Source: a virus
Taxonomy: Duplodnaviria; Caudoviricetes
Virus record (IMG/VR): IMGVR_UViG_3300026116_000035
DNA length: 64,000 bases
Strand: one strand, 5' to 3'
Made by a program: the position numbers and the translations under genes. Positions 9,823 through 19,900 of the stretch are shown here, piece by piece. The first letter of the stretch is position 1; the number at the start of each line of letters is the position of its first letter. The notes under the pieces are model-generated. The model searched no databases. It was not told the DNA's origin and saw nothing but the letters and a program-made list of their open reading frames with translations.

Positions 9823-12489
9823 ATGTCTTATAAAAAAGATTTAAAGGTAGAGGCGCAAAATTACGGACTTAAGCATAAATTACGTCAGTATGTTACGCCT
9901 TCTGGTTGGCAAAGAGCTATTTCCGAAGTAGGATCTGATAAATATAAAGAGCGTATGGAAACTTTGCGTGAAGCAGATGATTCCATGAGAGAAACGGCAA
10001 CTTTATTTAAAGGTTATTTAAAAAGTGCTGAAAATGCATTTAAAGATAATAGATATTTAGATGTAGCTCATTGGTGCGCTATGATAAATGATGGCGTTAA
10101 ATTAATGATTAAGGATTCTAAGCCTGTCACTGATTTACGTGATTCAGAAGTTGCTGAATATTATACACGTCATGAAGATGCAAATCCAGAACATAATTAT
10201 TTTTCTGCTGATGACGGTTTAGTTGCTACTGCTGGAATTTTTGATCGATTATTTGGAAATTCTATAGAAAAATTATATTGGAAAAAAATTAAAGAAAGTA
10301 AAATGGCGGTACAATCTTTAATTAATAGAACTGGCAAATTAGTTGCAATGACTTATTCATCGTTAGATAGAATGGGAAATGCTCGGGCTCAAGGCAATAT
10401 TGGAGCTTGGATTGAAGATATACAAAGAATTGCTAAAGCACAGGGTGAATTTCAAATTTTTGCTAAGAGTGTATACGATAAGCATTTAAAGGAATTAGCT
10501 GATATTGTTAAATCTAATAAGCCAGCTCAAAATATTTCTCAACCTATAAATGAACAAATTCCAAAAGCTAATAAAGCAGAGGAAGCGGATGATTTAGTTA
10601 ATGAATCACCGGAAGATGAAGAAGAATTAATTTTCGATTTAAAAAATAAGAAGGAGCCTATCAAACCTGTAGAAGAAGCTAAGTTTGATAAAGGTCGTCC
10701 TGCATTAACTGATCCAAGGTCAGTTAAAAAACAAAATGAAAAAGAATTAGAGGAATGGTCAAAAGTTCAGGATTTTTTAAAGGGAAATCAAAAAAATACT
10801 GAAGAAAAAGTTGAAGAACCTAAAGTTGAAGAACCTAAAGTTGAATCAGTTAAGCCTATAGAACAGCCTAAAATTGAATCGGTCAAACCACTTCAAGAAA
10901 AGGTTAATATTCCAGAAGTAAAACCCGAAATTAAAGAAGAATCTAAAGTTGAAACTTCTAAAGTTGTAGAAGCTCCCAAACCAATTGTCAATCAACCAAT
11001 TAAACAAGAACTTCCTAAACCTGTAGAAGTTCCTAAAATTGTTGAAGCTCCTAAAGTTGTAGAAATTCCTAAAGCGGCACCAATTCCTCAAATTCCTCAG
11101 GCACCAACACAAACTACCGTTGAAGCTCCACCTAAGCGTGGACGTGGCAGACCGCGAAAAAATCCATTACCGACCGCGCCAGCTGTAACTTCTATGCCTA
11201 TTTCTAATGAAGTTCCAACTCAAGTTTCAAGTAATCCATTTGATTCAGCTCCTGCAGTAGTTCCTACAGCTGCTCCTAAATCAGCTCCGAGCCAACCCAC
11301 TATAACAACTGCACCAAAAACTCAGCCAGTTCATGTTGATATTAAGGGGACTGAACCAAAAACGCCGGAATCTGTGGATGAAAAAGAATCTTCAAAAGAA
11401 GAAAGTTCATCAATTTCTAAAGAAGATGCTGCTTTAAATTCTAGTGATAAAGTTTTAACATTAGTTATGATTCCAAAAATTAAACCTGATAATTTGGATG
11501 AAATTAAGGAATCATTACAAAAGAAATTTGGACATCCGATCCGTTTTGTTACTAAAGAAAATGGTGCTGGAATTGCTAAAATGTATAAAGAAGACGGTTG
11601 GAAACTTGATGCAGTAACTTATGATGAAGCGATTAAAGAAGTTGAAGCTCCAAAACGTAATCCTTTAGAGTTATTAAATGATCCGAAATTTTTGGCAGAA
11701 TTACCTACATTAAGTAATGGTTATTTTGATAAAGGTCGTATTATTGATGTAGTTAAATCTCCATATGATAATGGTAAGATGAATACATATCCTGAATTTA
11801 GAAATATGGATAAAGCTACAAGAAAAGCTGTTATTGATAAATTAAATGAATTAGATGATGAAAAAGATCGAATTAAAGCAGAAATGGCAAATAAAACAGT
11901 TTCTAGCCCTGAATTATCTTCTAAATTGCCTGAAGTTCCTAAAACTGAAGAATTAAAACAAAGTGAACCAATTATAAACAATGAAATTAAATCTGAAAAT
12001 CCTACTGAAGAATTATCAGAGGATGAAATAGAACAAGAAATATTTATTCATACAGGATCAATTCAGAAATTATTAGGTAAGTCAATGAAGGATGTAACAT
12101 CAACTGATATATTTAAATTATTAAACTTAAAAGAATATCTTGATTCATTACCTAGATTAAAAAATAATAATAAATTATTTAATTTAGATTTAATTGCTAG
12201 ATTTCCTGAAATAAATATATTAGGACCTGCTGCAAAAATTTATTTTGATACATTAAAGCAATTACAAGCTGGAAAAGCCGCATATCCCAAAGAAAAAGTA
12301 GCAAATGTTGAAGAATTAGTAATTAAACGTTCTCATACATTATTTTTCAATGAATTAAAGAAAGTAGCGGCAACCCAAAATAAAGGTTTAATGGCGGCAA
12401 TAATGTGTAAATATTCGGAACAAATCGAAGAAATTGATCCAGAAATGAGTATTAAGTTACTACAGCAGGCGGAGAAATTAGTTGATTGA
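9823..12489 (+). CDS. Large low-complexity probable internal head protein with AT-hook
   Basis: 888 aa. Helical N-terminus, Pro/Glu/Lys-rich linker containing a VEEPK tandem repeat (about 10807-10845), AT-hook KRGRGRPRK at 11134-11160, and KxA motifs near both ends. Confidence 0.65.
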   Translation: MSYKKDLKVEAQNYGLKHKLRQYVTPSGWQRAISEVGSDKYKERMETLREADDSMRETATLFKGYLKSAENAFKDNRYLDVAHWCAMINDGVKLMIKDSKPVTDLRDSEVAEYYTRHEDANPEHNYFSADDGLVATAGIFDRLFGNSIEKLYWKKIKESKMAVQSLINRTGKLVAMTYSSLDRMGNARAQGNIGAWIEDIQRIAKAQGEFQIFAKSVYDKHLKELADIVKSNKPAQNISQPINEQIPKANKAEEADDLVNESPEDEEELIFDLKNKKEPIKPVEEAKFDKGRPALTDPRSVKKQNEKELEEWSKVQDFLKGNQKNTEEKVEEPKVEEPKVESVKPIEQPKIESVKPLQEKVNIPEVKPEIKEESKVETSKVVEAPKPIVNQPIKQELPKPVEVPKIVEAPKVVEIPKAAPIPQIPQAPTQTTVEAPPKRGRGRPRKNPLPTAPAVTSMPISNEVPTQVSSNPFDSAPAVVPTAAPKSAPSQPTITTAPKTQPVHVDIKGTEPKTPESVDEKESSKEESSSISKEDAALNSSDKVLTLVMIPKIKPDNLDEIKESLQKKFGHPIRFVTKENGAGIAKMYKEDGWKLDAVTYDEAIKEVEAPKRNPLELLNDPKFLAELPTLSNGYFDKGRIIDVVKSPYDNGKMNTYPEFRNMDKATRKAVIDKLNELDDEKDRIKAEMANKTVSSPELSSKLPEVPKTEELKQSEPIINNEIKSENPTEELSEDEIEQEIFIHTGSIQKLLGKSMKDVTSTDIFKLLNLKEYLDSLPRLKNNNKLFNLDLIARFPEINILGPAAKIYFDTLKQLQAGKAAYPKEKVANVEELVIKRSHTLFFNELKKVAATQNKGLMAAIMCKYSEQIEEIDPEMSIKLLQQAEKLVD

Positions 12490-14545
12490 AATAATTAAAC
12501 AAGCTTCGGTAGAACTTCAGAACTTTGATGATAATGATATTGTTAAAGTTGCTGGAGTTTTACGTCGATTGAAAAATTGGTTAGGATCATTGGGAAATGA
12601 AGAATATAGGGCGCAATTAGAAAATCTTCATAATGAATCTACGGTAATTAATGGACATTTGTCTAATTTATCTAAACATATTAATTTATTACAATCGGCC
12701 ATTAAAGATGCAGACATTAAATCATATGAATTAGAATTAGAGGAAGTTAAATTTTTATCTAAACAATTATCTGACGAATTAGAAAAATTAAATTCTACAG
12801 CAACTTTGGCTAAAATTCCACAAGATAAAGAATTTATTGATAAAAGTACAGATATTAAAATAAATGATTCAAAAAATAGATCTGGATATGATGTGCCATT
12901 TGGGTTAGTTAATAAACCATATAAGAGTTTTGAACATTTTAATCAAATTTCTTCAGATTTAATTGTAATAAGTGATGTTGTTAAATCGAGAATATTACAA
13001 AATTTAGCTACCAAATTGGATAGATTAAGATTAAATGATCAATTAGATTTATTTAAAAATAATATGGATGCTTTTTTAATTGTTTTTAAAGAAGCAATTA
13101 CAAATGGCGTTATTTTAGAAAATAGTTTAGTTCAAGATGCTAAAAAAGAGCGTCCTTCTGGTCAAACATATGTGAAAATTAGAACGGCACCTTTTAGTGT
13201 TCCTGGTATTAATTTAAAAATTCAAGGTGTAGTATTATTAACTGATTTATATGCTCAAAAATCTCCAAAAATGAAATTAAGTGTTATGAGATTTACAGAT
13301 ATTGAAATTGAAAAAATATCTAGATCGGAAAGAAGAATTATTTTAAATAAAATTGCAAATCAGGTAGGCAGATCAGTAACTAATTTATCTCCTATTCAAT
13401 TAGCTGAAGTATTAAAAAATGCTTATATTAGAGTTTTTGGAAAAGAACCTACGTTACAAGTATTAGGTACAGCTTGGGCTCAATCTATGGCTGAGCAAAG
13501 TGGTCATTATATTAATAATAATATAGGAAATATTACTGCTACAAAAGGATGGATTGATTCTGGTGGTAATTATTGGTCATTTGACACGACTGAATTTGAT
13601 AATAGTGGAAAACCTCGAAAAGAATCTATGAAGTTTAGAGCGTATAATACGATAGATGATGGAGCTGTTGATTATTGGAAACAATTAGCAACATCATTTA
13701 AGGGTGCATTTAAATGGTTTGGAACAGGTGATGCATTACATTCGGCTTTAGCATTAGGGGATCAATCGTATTATACAGCTGATAGGACTCTTTATGCTGG
13801 AAATATGTCTAGTCTTTATGAAACATTTTTAAATAATGTAGCTCCTAATTTAAATTTAATATCTAAACCTACATTGCCACCATCTAGAAAATTTCCTGAG
13901 TATAAAGCTCATATAAATTCACCTAGTCAGCCAATTCCTGAAAAATTTATTGATAAAATTAATAAAAATACTGCTTATAAAATTGTTAATGATAATAATA
14001 AGCAATATATAGTGTTAAATCGAAGATTAAATAATGATAATAAATCAGAAAATGCACCGGCTGAAATAGCGCAAAATATTCCTAAAGTTGATAATATTGA
14101 TTCCGAGGTAAATGATCTTATGAATTATCTTTTTAAATCAGCAAAATCTTTAGATTCTATTGTTAAACATGCTTTAGAAGAAAAGTTATTGCCTAAAACG
14201 CAATTGTTAATAACAATTGCTTCGGTAAATGATTTTCATATAAAAATGAAATATGCTGCAATAGTTTCAGAATTATTAGAAAAAAATATTAATGCAAAAA
14301 CTGATATAATGTCCGATGGTGATATTATTAATATTAATTGCATAGCTGCTGGAGATAATAAATTAGTAACAGATGCAGTATTAGCTATATGTGAAATTGT
14401 TTCTGATGGTTTTTATTTTAAAGATAATAGTAAAATAGTAAAATCAATACTAAAAGAAAATCAATTTTCTAAATTTGCGAGTGTTTCATATGAAGAAATT
14501 GAAAGATGTTTAAGAAAATGTGATCTTGAAATTTTAAATAAGTGA
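12482..14545 (+). CDS. Virion-associated peptidoglycan hydrolase, GH73/FlgJ-like glucosaminidase domain
   Basis: Central domain (about 13390-13830) reads AQSMAEQSG...NNNIGNI...TTEF...FRAYNTIDDGAVDYWKQL...YYTADRTLYAGNM, matching the GH73 pattern. TTG start overlapping the upstream gene. Confidence 0.7.
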   Translation: MIEIIKQASVELQNFDDNDIVKVAGVLRRLKNWLGSLGNEEYRAQLENLHNESTVINGHLSNLSKHINLLQSAIKDADIKSYELELEEVKFLSKQLSDELEKLNSTATLAKIPQDKEFIDKSTDIKINDSKNRSGYDVPFGLVNKPYKSFEHFNQISSDLIVISDVVKSRILQNLATKLDRLRLNDQLDLFKNNMDAFLIVFKEAITNGVILENSLVQDAKKERPSGQTYVKIRTAPFSVPGINLKIQGVVLLTDLYAQKSPKMKLSVMRFTDIEIEKISRSERRIILNKIANQVGRSVTNLSPIQLAEVLKNAYIRVFGKEPTLQVLGTAWAQSMAEQSGHYINNNIGNITATKGWIDSGGNYWSFDTTEFDNSGKPRKESMKFRAYNTIDDGAVDYWKQLATSFKGAFKWFGTGDALHSALALGDQSYYTADRTLYAGNMSSLYETFLNNVAPNLNLISKPTLPPSRKFPEYKAHINSPSQPIPEKFIDKINKNTAYKIVNDNNKQYIVLNRRLNNDNKSENAPAEIAQNIPKVDNIDSEVNDLMNYLFKSAKSLDSIVKHALEEKLLPKTQLLITIASVNDFHIKMKYAAIVSELLEKNINAKTDIMSDGDIININCIAAGDNKLVTDAVLAICEIVSDGFYFKDNSKIVKSILKENQFSKFASVSYEEIERCLRKCDLEILNK

Positions 14546-14916
14546 TAAAAATGGAAAAATTAGCTTATATTCGTAAACAAGTTAATGGAAAATATAAAAT
14601 TTTTTCTGAAGAAGGTAAAAGTTTAGGAGAATATGATTTTTTTTCCGAAGCCAAGGAAAGATTAAAGCAAATTGAATATTTTAAGCATAAAAAAAGTAAG
14701 ATATTAAGAAGAAAATTATTAAAAGTATTAGCTTACGAAGAACCGAGTTATTCAGCGATTATGCGTGAATTATGTAAAAAAGATAAAGCTATTTTAGTTA
14801 TATTTATGTCAGCATTTAAAAGAGCATTTGATGATTCTGTTATAGAAGAATTAGAAAATCCCGATAAAATCGCTTTATTAGCAGCGATGAAATCTATAAA
14901 TTATGAGGCTGAATAA
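14542..14916 (+). CDS. Conserved phage head-region protein
   Basis: Motif IRKQVNGKYKIFSEEGKSLGEY...EAKERLKQIEYFKH, which I recognise from large-phage head modules. Followed by a basic helix RRKLLKVLA. Confidence 0.55.
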   Translation: MIKMEKLAYIRKQVNGKYKIFSEEGKSLGEYDFFSEAKERLKQIEYFKHKKSKILRRKLLKVLAYEEPSYSAIMRELCKKDKAILVIFMSAFKRAFDDSVIEELENPDKIALLAAMKSINYEAE

Positions 14917-15285
14917 ATGTTTTCGGAAATTTTAAAATTATCTGAATATTATTTTAGCTTATCAATTAACAATGTTAATAATATTCAAGATAGAATTTTT
15001 AAATTAGCAGCTACCATTGATATGGGTGAGCCTGTTGAAGCTGGTAAAGGAATAGCTGAAATAATTAAATTTTTACTTAAACGTATTGACTCTAAAAATA
15101 GAGAAAAATCTTTATATAAATTAAAAAAGAAAATTTGGAATTTAAATGAATGGGAAATGTCTTCTAAAAAGATGCCAGCTTCTTCATCTTTGGGAATTTC
15201 TATTAGTTTTATTAAAAATATATTAAATGGTCATCCGGCACCTTATATTCGATCAATATTAAGTGAAATATATAGGAATTTATAA
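14917..15285 (+). CDS. Hypothetical protein
   Basis: 122 aa. TAAATG stop-start junctions on both sides. FKLAA motif. Confidence 0.6.
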   Translation: MFSEILKLSEYYFSLSINNVNNIQDRIFKLAATIDMGEPVEAGKGIAEIIKFLLKRIDSKNREKSLYKLKKKIWNLNEWEMSSKKMPASSSLGISISFIKNILNGHPAPYIRSILSEIYRNL

Positions 15286-16146
15286 ATGCCTCAAAATTTT
15301 AAAATAGTAATTCCTGGAAAATTATATAGATCAGGGCAAATTGCTCCATCGGAAATTCCTCAATTAATTAATTCATCTTATAATATTAAAAAAATTGTAT
15401 CATTAGATGCACAGGCTGGAATATTAATTCATTCATTTATTCCAAAATCAATAGAGCATATAATGTTTCCACTTTTAGAAGGTAATGGTTCAGATGAAGC
15501 TAGAAAATTAGCAAATGCAATTAAATCTGGATTATTAGATGGAAATGGCGCTGTTTTAGTTCATTGTTTGCACGGTCAAGATAGAACAGGATTAGCTATA
15601 GCTATGTATAGAGTGATAAAACAGGGATGGACATGTACTAAAGCTATAGAAGAGGCAAAATCATTAGGTTATGGAATAGGCATGCCTCTAAATACCACAA
15701 ATCAATATAATATAGAAATTTGTAGAGTATGTACTAAAAATCATACACATTTTTGTCAAACTATTAAAACTGATGTATCTCAAGTTGATGATATAGTTAA
15801 TATAATGCGTGATGATTTTTCGCATCAACAAGGTTCAAATTCTGCTGGAGTTATAGTCCCTGGATTTGATAATCAATATACTTTTGCCCCATTTACTGAT
15901 TCTTCCTCAGAGGGAGCTTTAGGTGCAAAAACCTCATCCAAAAGTAGAAAATCTGTATTAAAAAAAATAATTAAATTTTTAGATGAAGAAGAAATAAAAA
16001 AAGATATTAATTTAATAGCTTTACCTACATCTGGACAAATAGATAATTATAGTGGTTCAAATGCTGTTAGTGCTCCAAGTGCTACTCCTGGATCTCCTAA
16101 TTCAGCAGGTTTTACAGCTGACCCTACAGGATTAGTACAAATATAA
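15286..16146 (+). CDS. Cysteine-based protein tyrosine/dual-specificity phosphatase family protein
   Basis: N-terminal LYRSGQ and the P-loop signature VLVHCLHGQDRTG (HCxxGxxRTG), followed by AMYRVIKQGW. Low-complexity C-terminal extension. Confidence 0.88.
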   Translation: MPQNFKIVIPGKLYRSGQIAPSEIPQLINSSYNIKKIVSLDAQAGILIHSFIPKSIEHIMFPLLEGNGSDEARKLANAIKSGLLDGNGAVLVHCLHGQDRTGLAIAMYRVIKQGWTCTKAIEEAKSLGYGIGMPLNTTNQYNIEICRVCTKNHTHFCQTIKTDVSQVDDIVNIMRDDFSHQQGSNSAGVIVPGFDNQYTFAPFTDSSSEGALGAKTSSKSRKSVLKKIIKFLDEEEIKKDINLIALPTSGQIDNYSGSNAVSAPSATPGSPNSAGFTADPTGLVQI

Positions 16147-16167
16147 TCAATATTTAAACATATAATT

Positions 16168-16812
16168 ATGACATTTTCTAAATTAGCTGAATCAATAAAT
16201 ATGTCACTAGATGTACCGTCTTCTGAAAAAAAGATTGCACAGATGGTTGTACGTAAATTTCAGCAATTAAGTAAAAAAATAGACGCTTTTGATAAGCATT
16301 TAGATATTTTATATAATCCTTTTAAATCTCATGAGACTGTAACGGAAGAATCTGTTATACAGCATCGAGCTGCATTAAGGCGATATCGAGACAAAATTAA
16401 AGATAATTTTGCTAATATTAAAGTTTTTATTGTTTCATGCATTACTGATTTAAATTATTTTTCTTCAGATACACATATTTCTGAGTTAATGAAATCTTTT
16501 AATGATTCAATTGGTGATATAGAAGAAGCATTGGAAGATTTATTAACTAATTTGGATAATTGGAAAAACAAAGAATATCGTACAAATGTTATGAAATGTA
16601 TTGAATCTGTAAAAAAACAATGCAATCAATTAGATGATTTAATAAATGATCGAATTATTGATGACATAAATACGAATATTTTGGCAAAGAATTGGACCGA
16701 TAATTTAGATGATAAATTAAAATCATCAATTAAAGATAAAGAACCGTATGTTAAACGACTTCATGAAGATCGTGAACAGAGATTAAAAGAATTATTGAAT
16801 GTAGGAGAATAA
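16168..16812 (+). CDS. Hypothetical helical-bundle protein
   Basis: 214 aa with heptad-like pattern. SKLAES and KKIAQ motifs. Confidence 0.6.
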   Translation: MTFSKLAESINMSLDVPSSEKKIAQMVVRKFQQLSKKIDAFDKHLDILYNPFKSHETVTEESVIQHRAALRRYRDKIKDNFANIKVFIVSCITDLNYFSSDTHISELMKSFNDSIGDIEEALEDLLTNLDNWKNKEYRTNVMKCIESVKKQCNQLDDLINDRIIDDINTNILAKNWTDNLDDKLKSSIKDKEPYVKRLHEDREQRLKELLNVGE

Positions 16813-16959
16813 ATGTTAATTAAGCAGGGTGATGGGAAAGTTTTAAAAGTAATTGATGCTGAAGAGATGTTAAATCTTGATCAAAATAAAGTTGCACAAT
16901 TATTTGATGAACCTAAAAAAGATTTAAATAAAGACAAAAATAAAAAAGAATATAAATAA
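16813..16959 (+). CDS. Small hypothetical protein (48 aa) not in the supplied ORF track
   Basis: ATG directly abuts the upstream TAA (TAAATG, as at other junctions). Reads MLIKQGDGKVLKVIDAEEMLNLDQNKVAQLFDEPKKDLNKDKNKKEYK and contains a KVAQ motif. Confidence 0.55.
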   Translation: MLIKQGDGKVLKVIDAEEMLNLDQNKVAQLFDEPKKDLNKDKNKKEYK

Positions 16960-16996
16960 TATTTTATATTTAATTTAAGTAAATTCTGGAGAATCA

Positions 16997-19900
16997 ATGA
17001 GTTTTGTGAAAATTGGTGAAAATTTTGAAATAAATAGTAATGATATTAAGACTACAGATTCGGTTTTATCTGAATTAGATTCTTCAGTATTAGATCAGTT
17101 TATACGAACCGCTTCTGATTTAAAAAAAATCGCCCCGAAAGCTAAAGATTTCTTATATTTTACTGGTATTATGTTACACGCTGCAGAAGCCGCTTTATAT
17201 GATGACGAAGGTAATATAAAGAAAGATGCTAAAGGTCAAGATGTTTCTGCTAAATGGGAAGTTAACGAAAAAACGGGTTCATGGAAATGGGTTTGCTCAG
17301 ATAAATCTATTAAACCAATGAAAAATAATAATGGTGATATTTTCCCTGAACCAGAATTAAAAATAGCTTATAAAAAATGGGTAGGTAAACCTCTCTGTAT
17401 TGATCATAAATCAAGTTCAGTAGATCATATTCGTGGTGTTATTGTTGATACTTTTTATGATGATAAATTAAAGAGGGTAATCGGTCTTTGTGCTTTAGAT
17501 AAAGTTAATTATCCTGATTTGGCAAGAAAAGTATCTACAGGTTATTCAGCTAATTTAAGCATGGGTACGGGTGTTTCTTGTGCAATTTGTTATGATTGTG
17601 GAAAAGCTGCAAGAGTAGAAGCTGATTTTTGTAATCATATGAGATCTAAATCATGTTATGGTGAAATTAATACAGGTCTTTCTCCAATTGAGTTATCGAT
17701 TGTTGTAAATCCAGCTGATCCTAAAGCTAGAATTCGTCATATTGTTGCGGCAGCTGATTCAATTGCTAAATATGTAGAACAAAAAGAATTGAGTTTAAAA
17801 ACATCATTATCATCTAATGATTTTGATAAATTAGAAAAAGATTTAGAAAATGCGCAAGATAGTTTAAATAAATTAAAGGAAGGCTTATCCGATTTTAAAA
17901 AAGAAGAATTGGATGAGGAAAAAGACGAAGAGTCAGATAAAAATGACGCTGGTGTAAAAAATATGGCAGAAACGGATATAGAGAATACAGACAGGAATTA
18001 TAATATGCCTGCCCGTTTTGCTGAAGAAAATGATTTAAATTCATTAAATTACAAATTAATTTTTGGAAAATTAAATGGATTGGAAGAAAAGATTAACAAT
18101 TTTATCAATAAAATGGCTTCTATAGAGAAGACTAATAATTTTAGTGAGGAAACAGATATGGCTAATGAAAAAAAGGCGTACTTTCAAGGCGGTGGAGAGG
18201 GCAATGAACCAGCTCCCAAGGCAGTAAAGTACCCCAAAGAGGATTCAGATAAGATTCGCGAAAAAGAAGACAAGCAAATGTCTCCAGAACCATCCAGTAT
18301 GGGTGCAGACGGTCTTCATCCTGGTGACGAAGCAAAGAAAAAACTCTTATTAAGAGCTTCAGAATTAGAGGCACGTGCTTTACGTCGTAAAGAAGCTGTT
18401 GAAAAAGTTAAATCAGTATTAAAGAGCAAAGAAGCTTACTTTAATGGTGGTGGTGAAGGTAATGAACCTACGCCTGGTAAAGCAAAATATCCCAAAGAGG
18501 ATTCAGATAAGACTCGCGAAAAAGAAGATAAACAAATGGTTGGAGCTCCACCGTTTCCGAGCGTTGGTAAAATTGATGGTCTTTATGGCGATGATTTGAA
18601 AAAGAAAGAAATGCTTAGCCGTGCTACATTAAATGCTCGGTTTATTAAAGCTGCTAATGCTGATGGTTCTGATAATATTGGAAACTCAGGCTGGCATGTA
18701 TTTTCAAAAACTGAAAATGGTGAGAAATTAATTCTTACGGCTACAGTTTCTGATATTGCTGGTGATAAAGCTGAAGCTTTCTATGATTCAATTGCTACCA
18801 AGGCCTTCGGTTCAAAAATTATAAATACGATTAAGACACAAGGTTTTGAAAAAGCTGTTAAAATGTACAAGGGTGCTCAAGAAGTCCATGTTAATCCGCT
18901 TCATTTAGATGGGTTAACCTCAGGCGCTCAACCATCTAAAGAAGAAGTTGATGCCGCTGAGGATTATCGCATTCTTCATAATGGCGAATATCCTGCAGAT
19001 TTCGTAAAGAAATATCCTACGTATCGCGCTGGAATGAAAGCTACTGCTCAAGCTGCTCCAATTATGCCAGCTAGCGCTCCAGGTGCTGCAGTTGATTCAA
19101 ATATGCCATCTGAAGTTCCTGCTAAAGCTGAAGATAAGGGCGCAGATGGTAATCCTGCCGATCAGATTGCCGCTCAAATTGAAGAAATTGATAATATTAC
19201 TGCTGATATGAAAAAAGCTGTTGAATCATTAGAAGATGAAAATACTAATGACCTTGGTGGTTTGCCTGCAAGTTCAGCATCATCTGTTTCTTTGCCTGAT
19301 ATGCGCAAGACTTTAAACTCTGCATTAAAGAAGGGTTTCAAGCAGGCTGTTTCAGAACTTCAGGATAATAAAGAGGAACTTGAATTAATTGTTAATGTTC
19401 AAAAAAATTCAAGCGCTTCAAAAGAAAATTCACAATTAGTAAAAACTATTGTATCAGCTGCACTTAATGACGCGAAGACCTCTACTGCTAATGCTTATAA
19501 ATTAATGTCAGCATTTGTTAAGTATGCTCATGGTACGGACGCTCTTTTAAAGAAAGCAGCAGAAGAGGCTAAAATGAAAAAATCTGCACAAGAAGCTAAC
19601 GATCCGCATGATTGGAAGCAAACTATGGAAGACTTAAAGAAGGTTAATCCTCCTCCTACTCCGGAAGAGAAATTCCCATTGAAAGTTGATCCTAAACCTG
19701 TTCCGCCAGGCACTTTACAACCGATTTTCGAAAGCGGTAATGTTGAAGATAGTAATGATGCCGTTTCTTTTGAAATTGGTGATGACGGAAAAGTTAAAGG
19801 CACTGCTGATAGTTTGGCCGATGTTAAAGCTGGTGCTGAATATGATCTTAATACGCCTGAAGGTCGCGCTGTAATGCGTGCCAAGATTGCGCAAAAAGGT

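Noticed and set aside
10807-10845. 15-bp tandem repeat as a contingency locus
   Set aside because: It is an in-frame VEEPK duplication in a disordered linker, and copy-number change would not switch phase.
18167-18190. TEV-protease-like site (EKKAYFQG versus ENLYFQG)
   Set aside because: The second repeat reads YFNG, and the protease here is a serine-type prohead protease. The similarity is coincidental.
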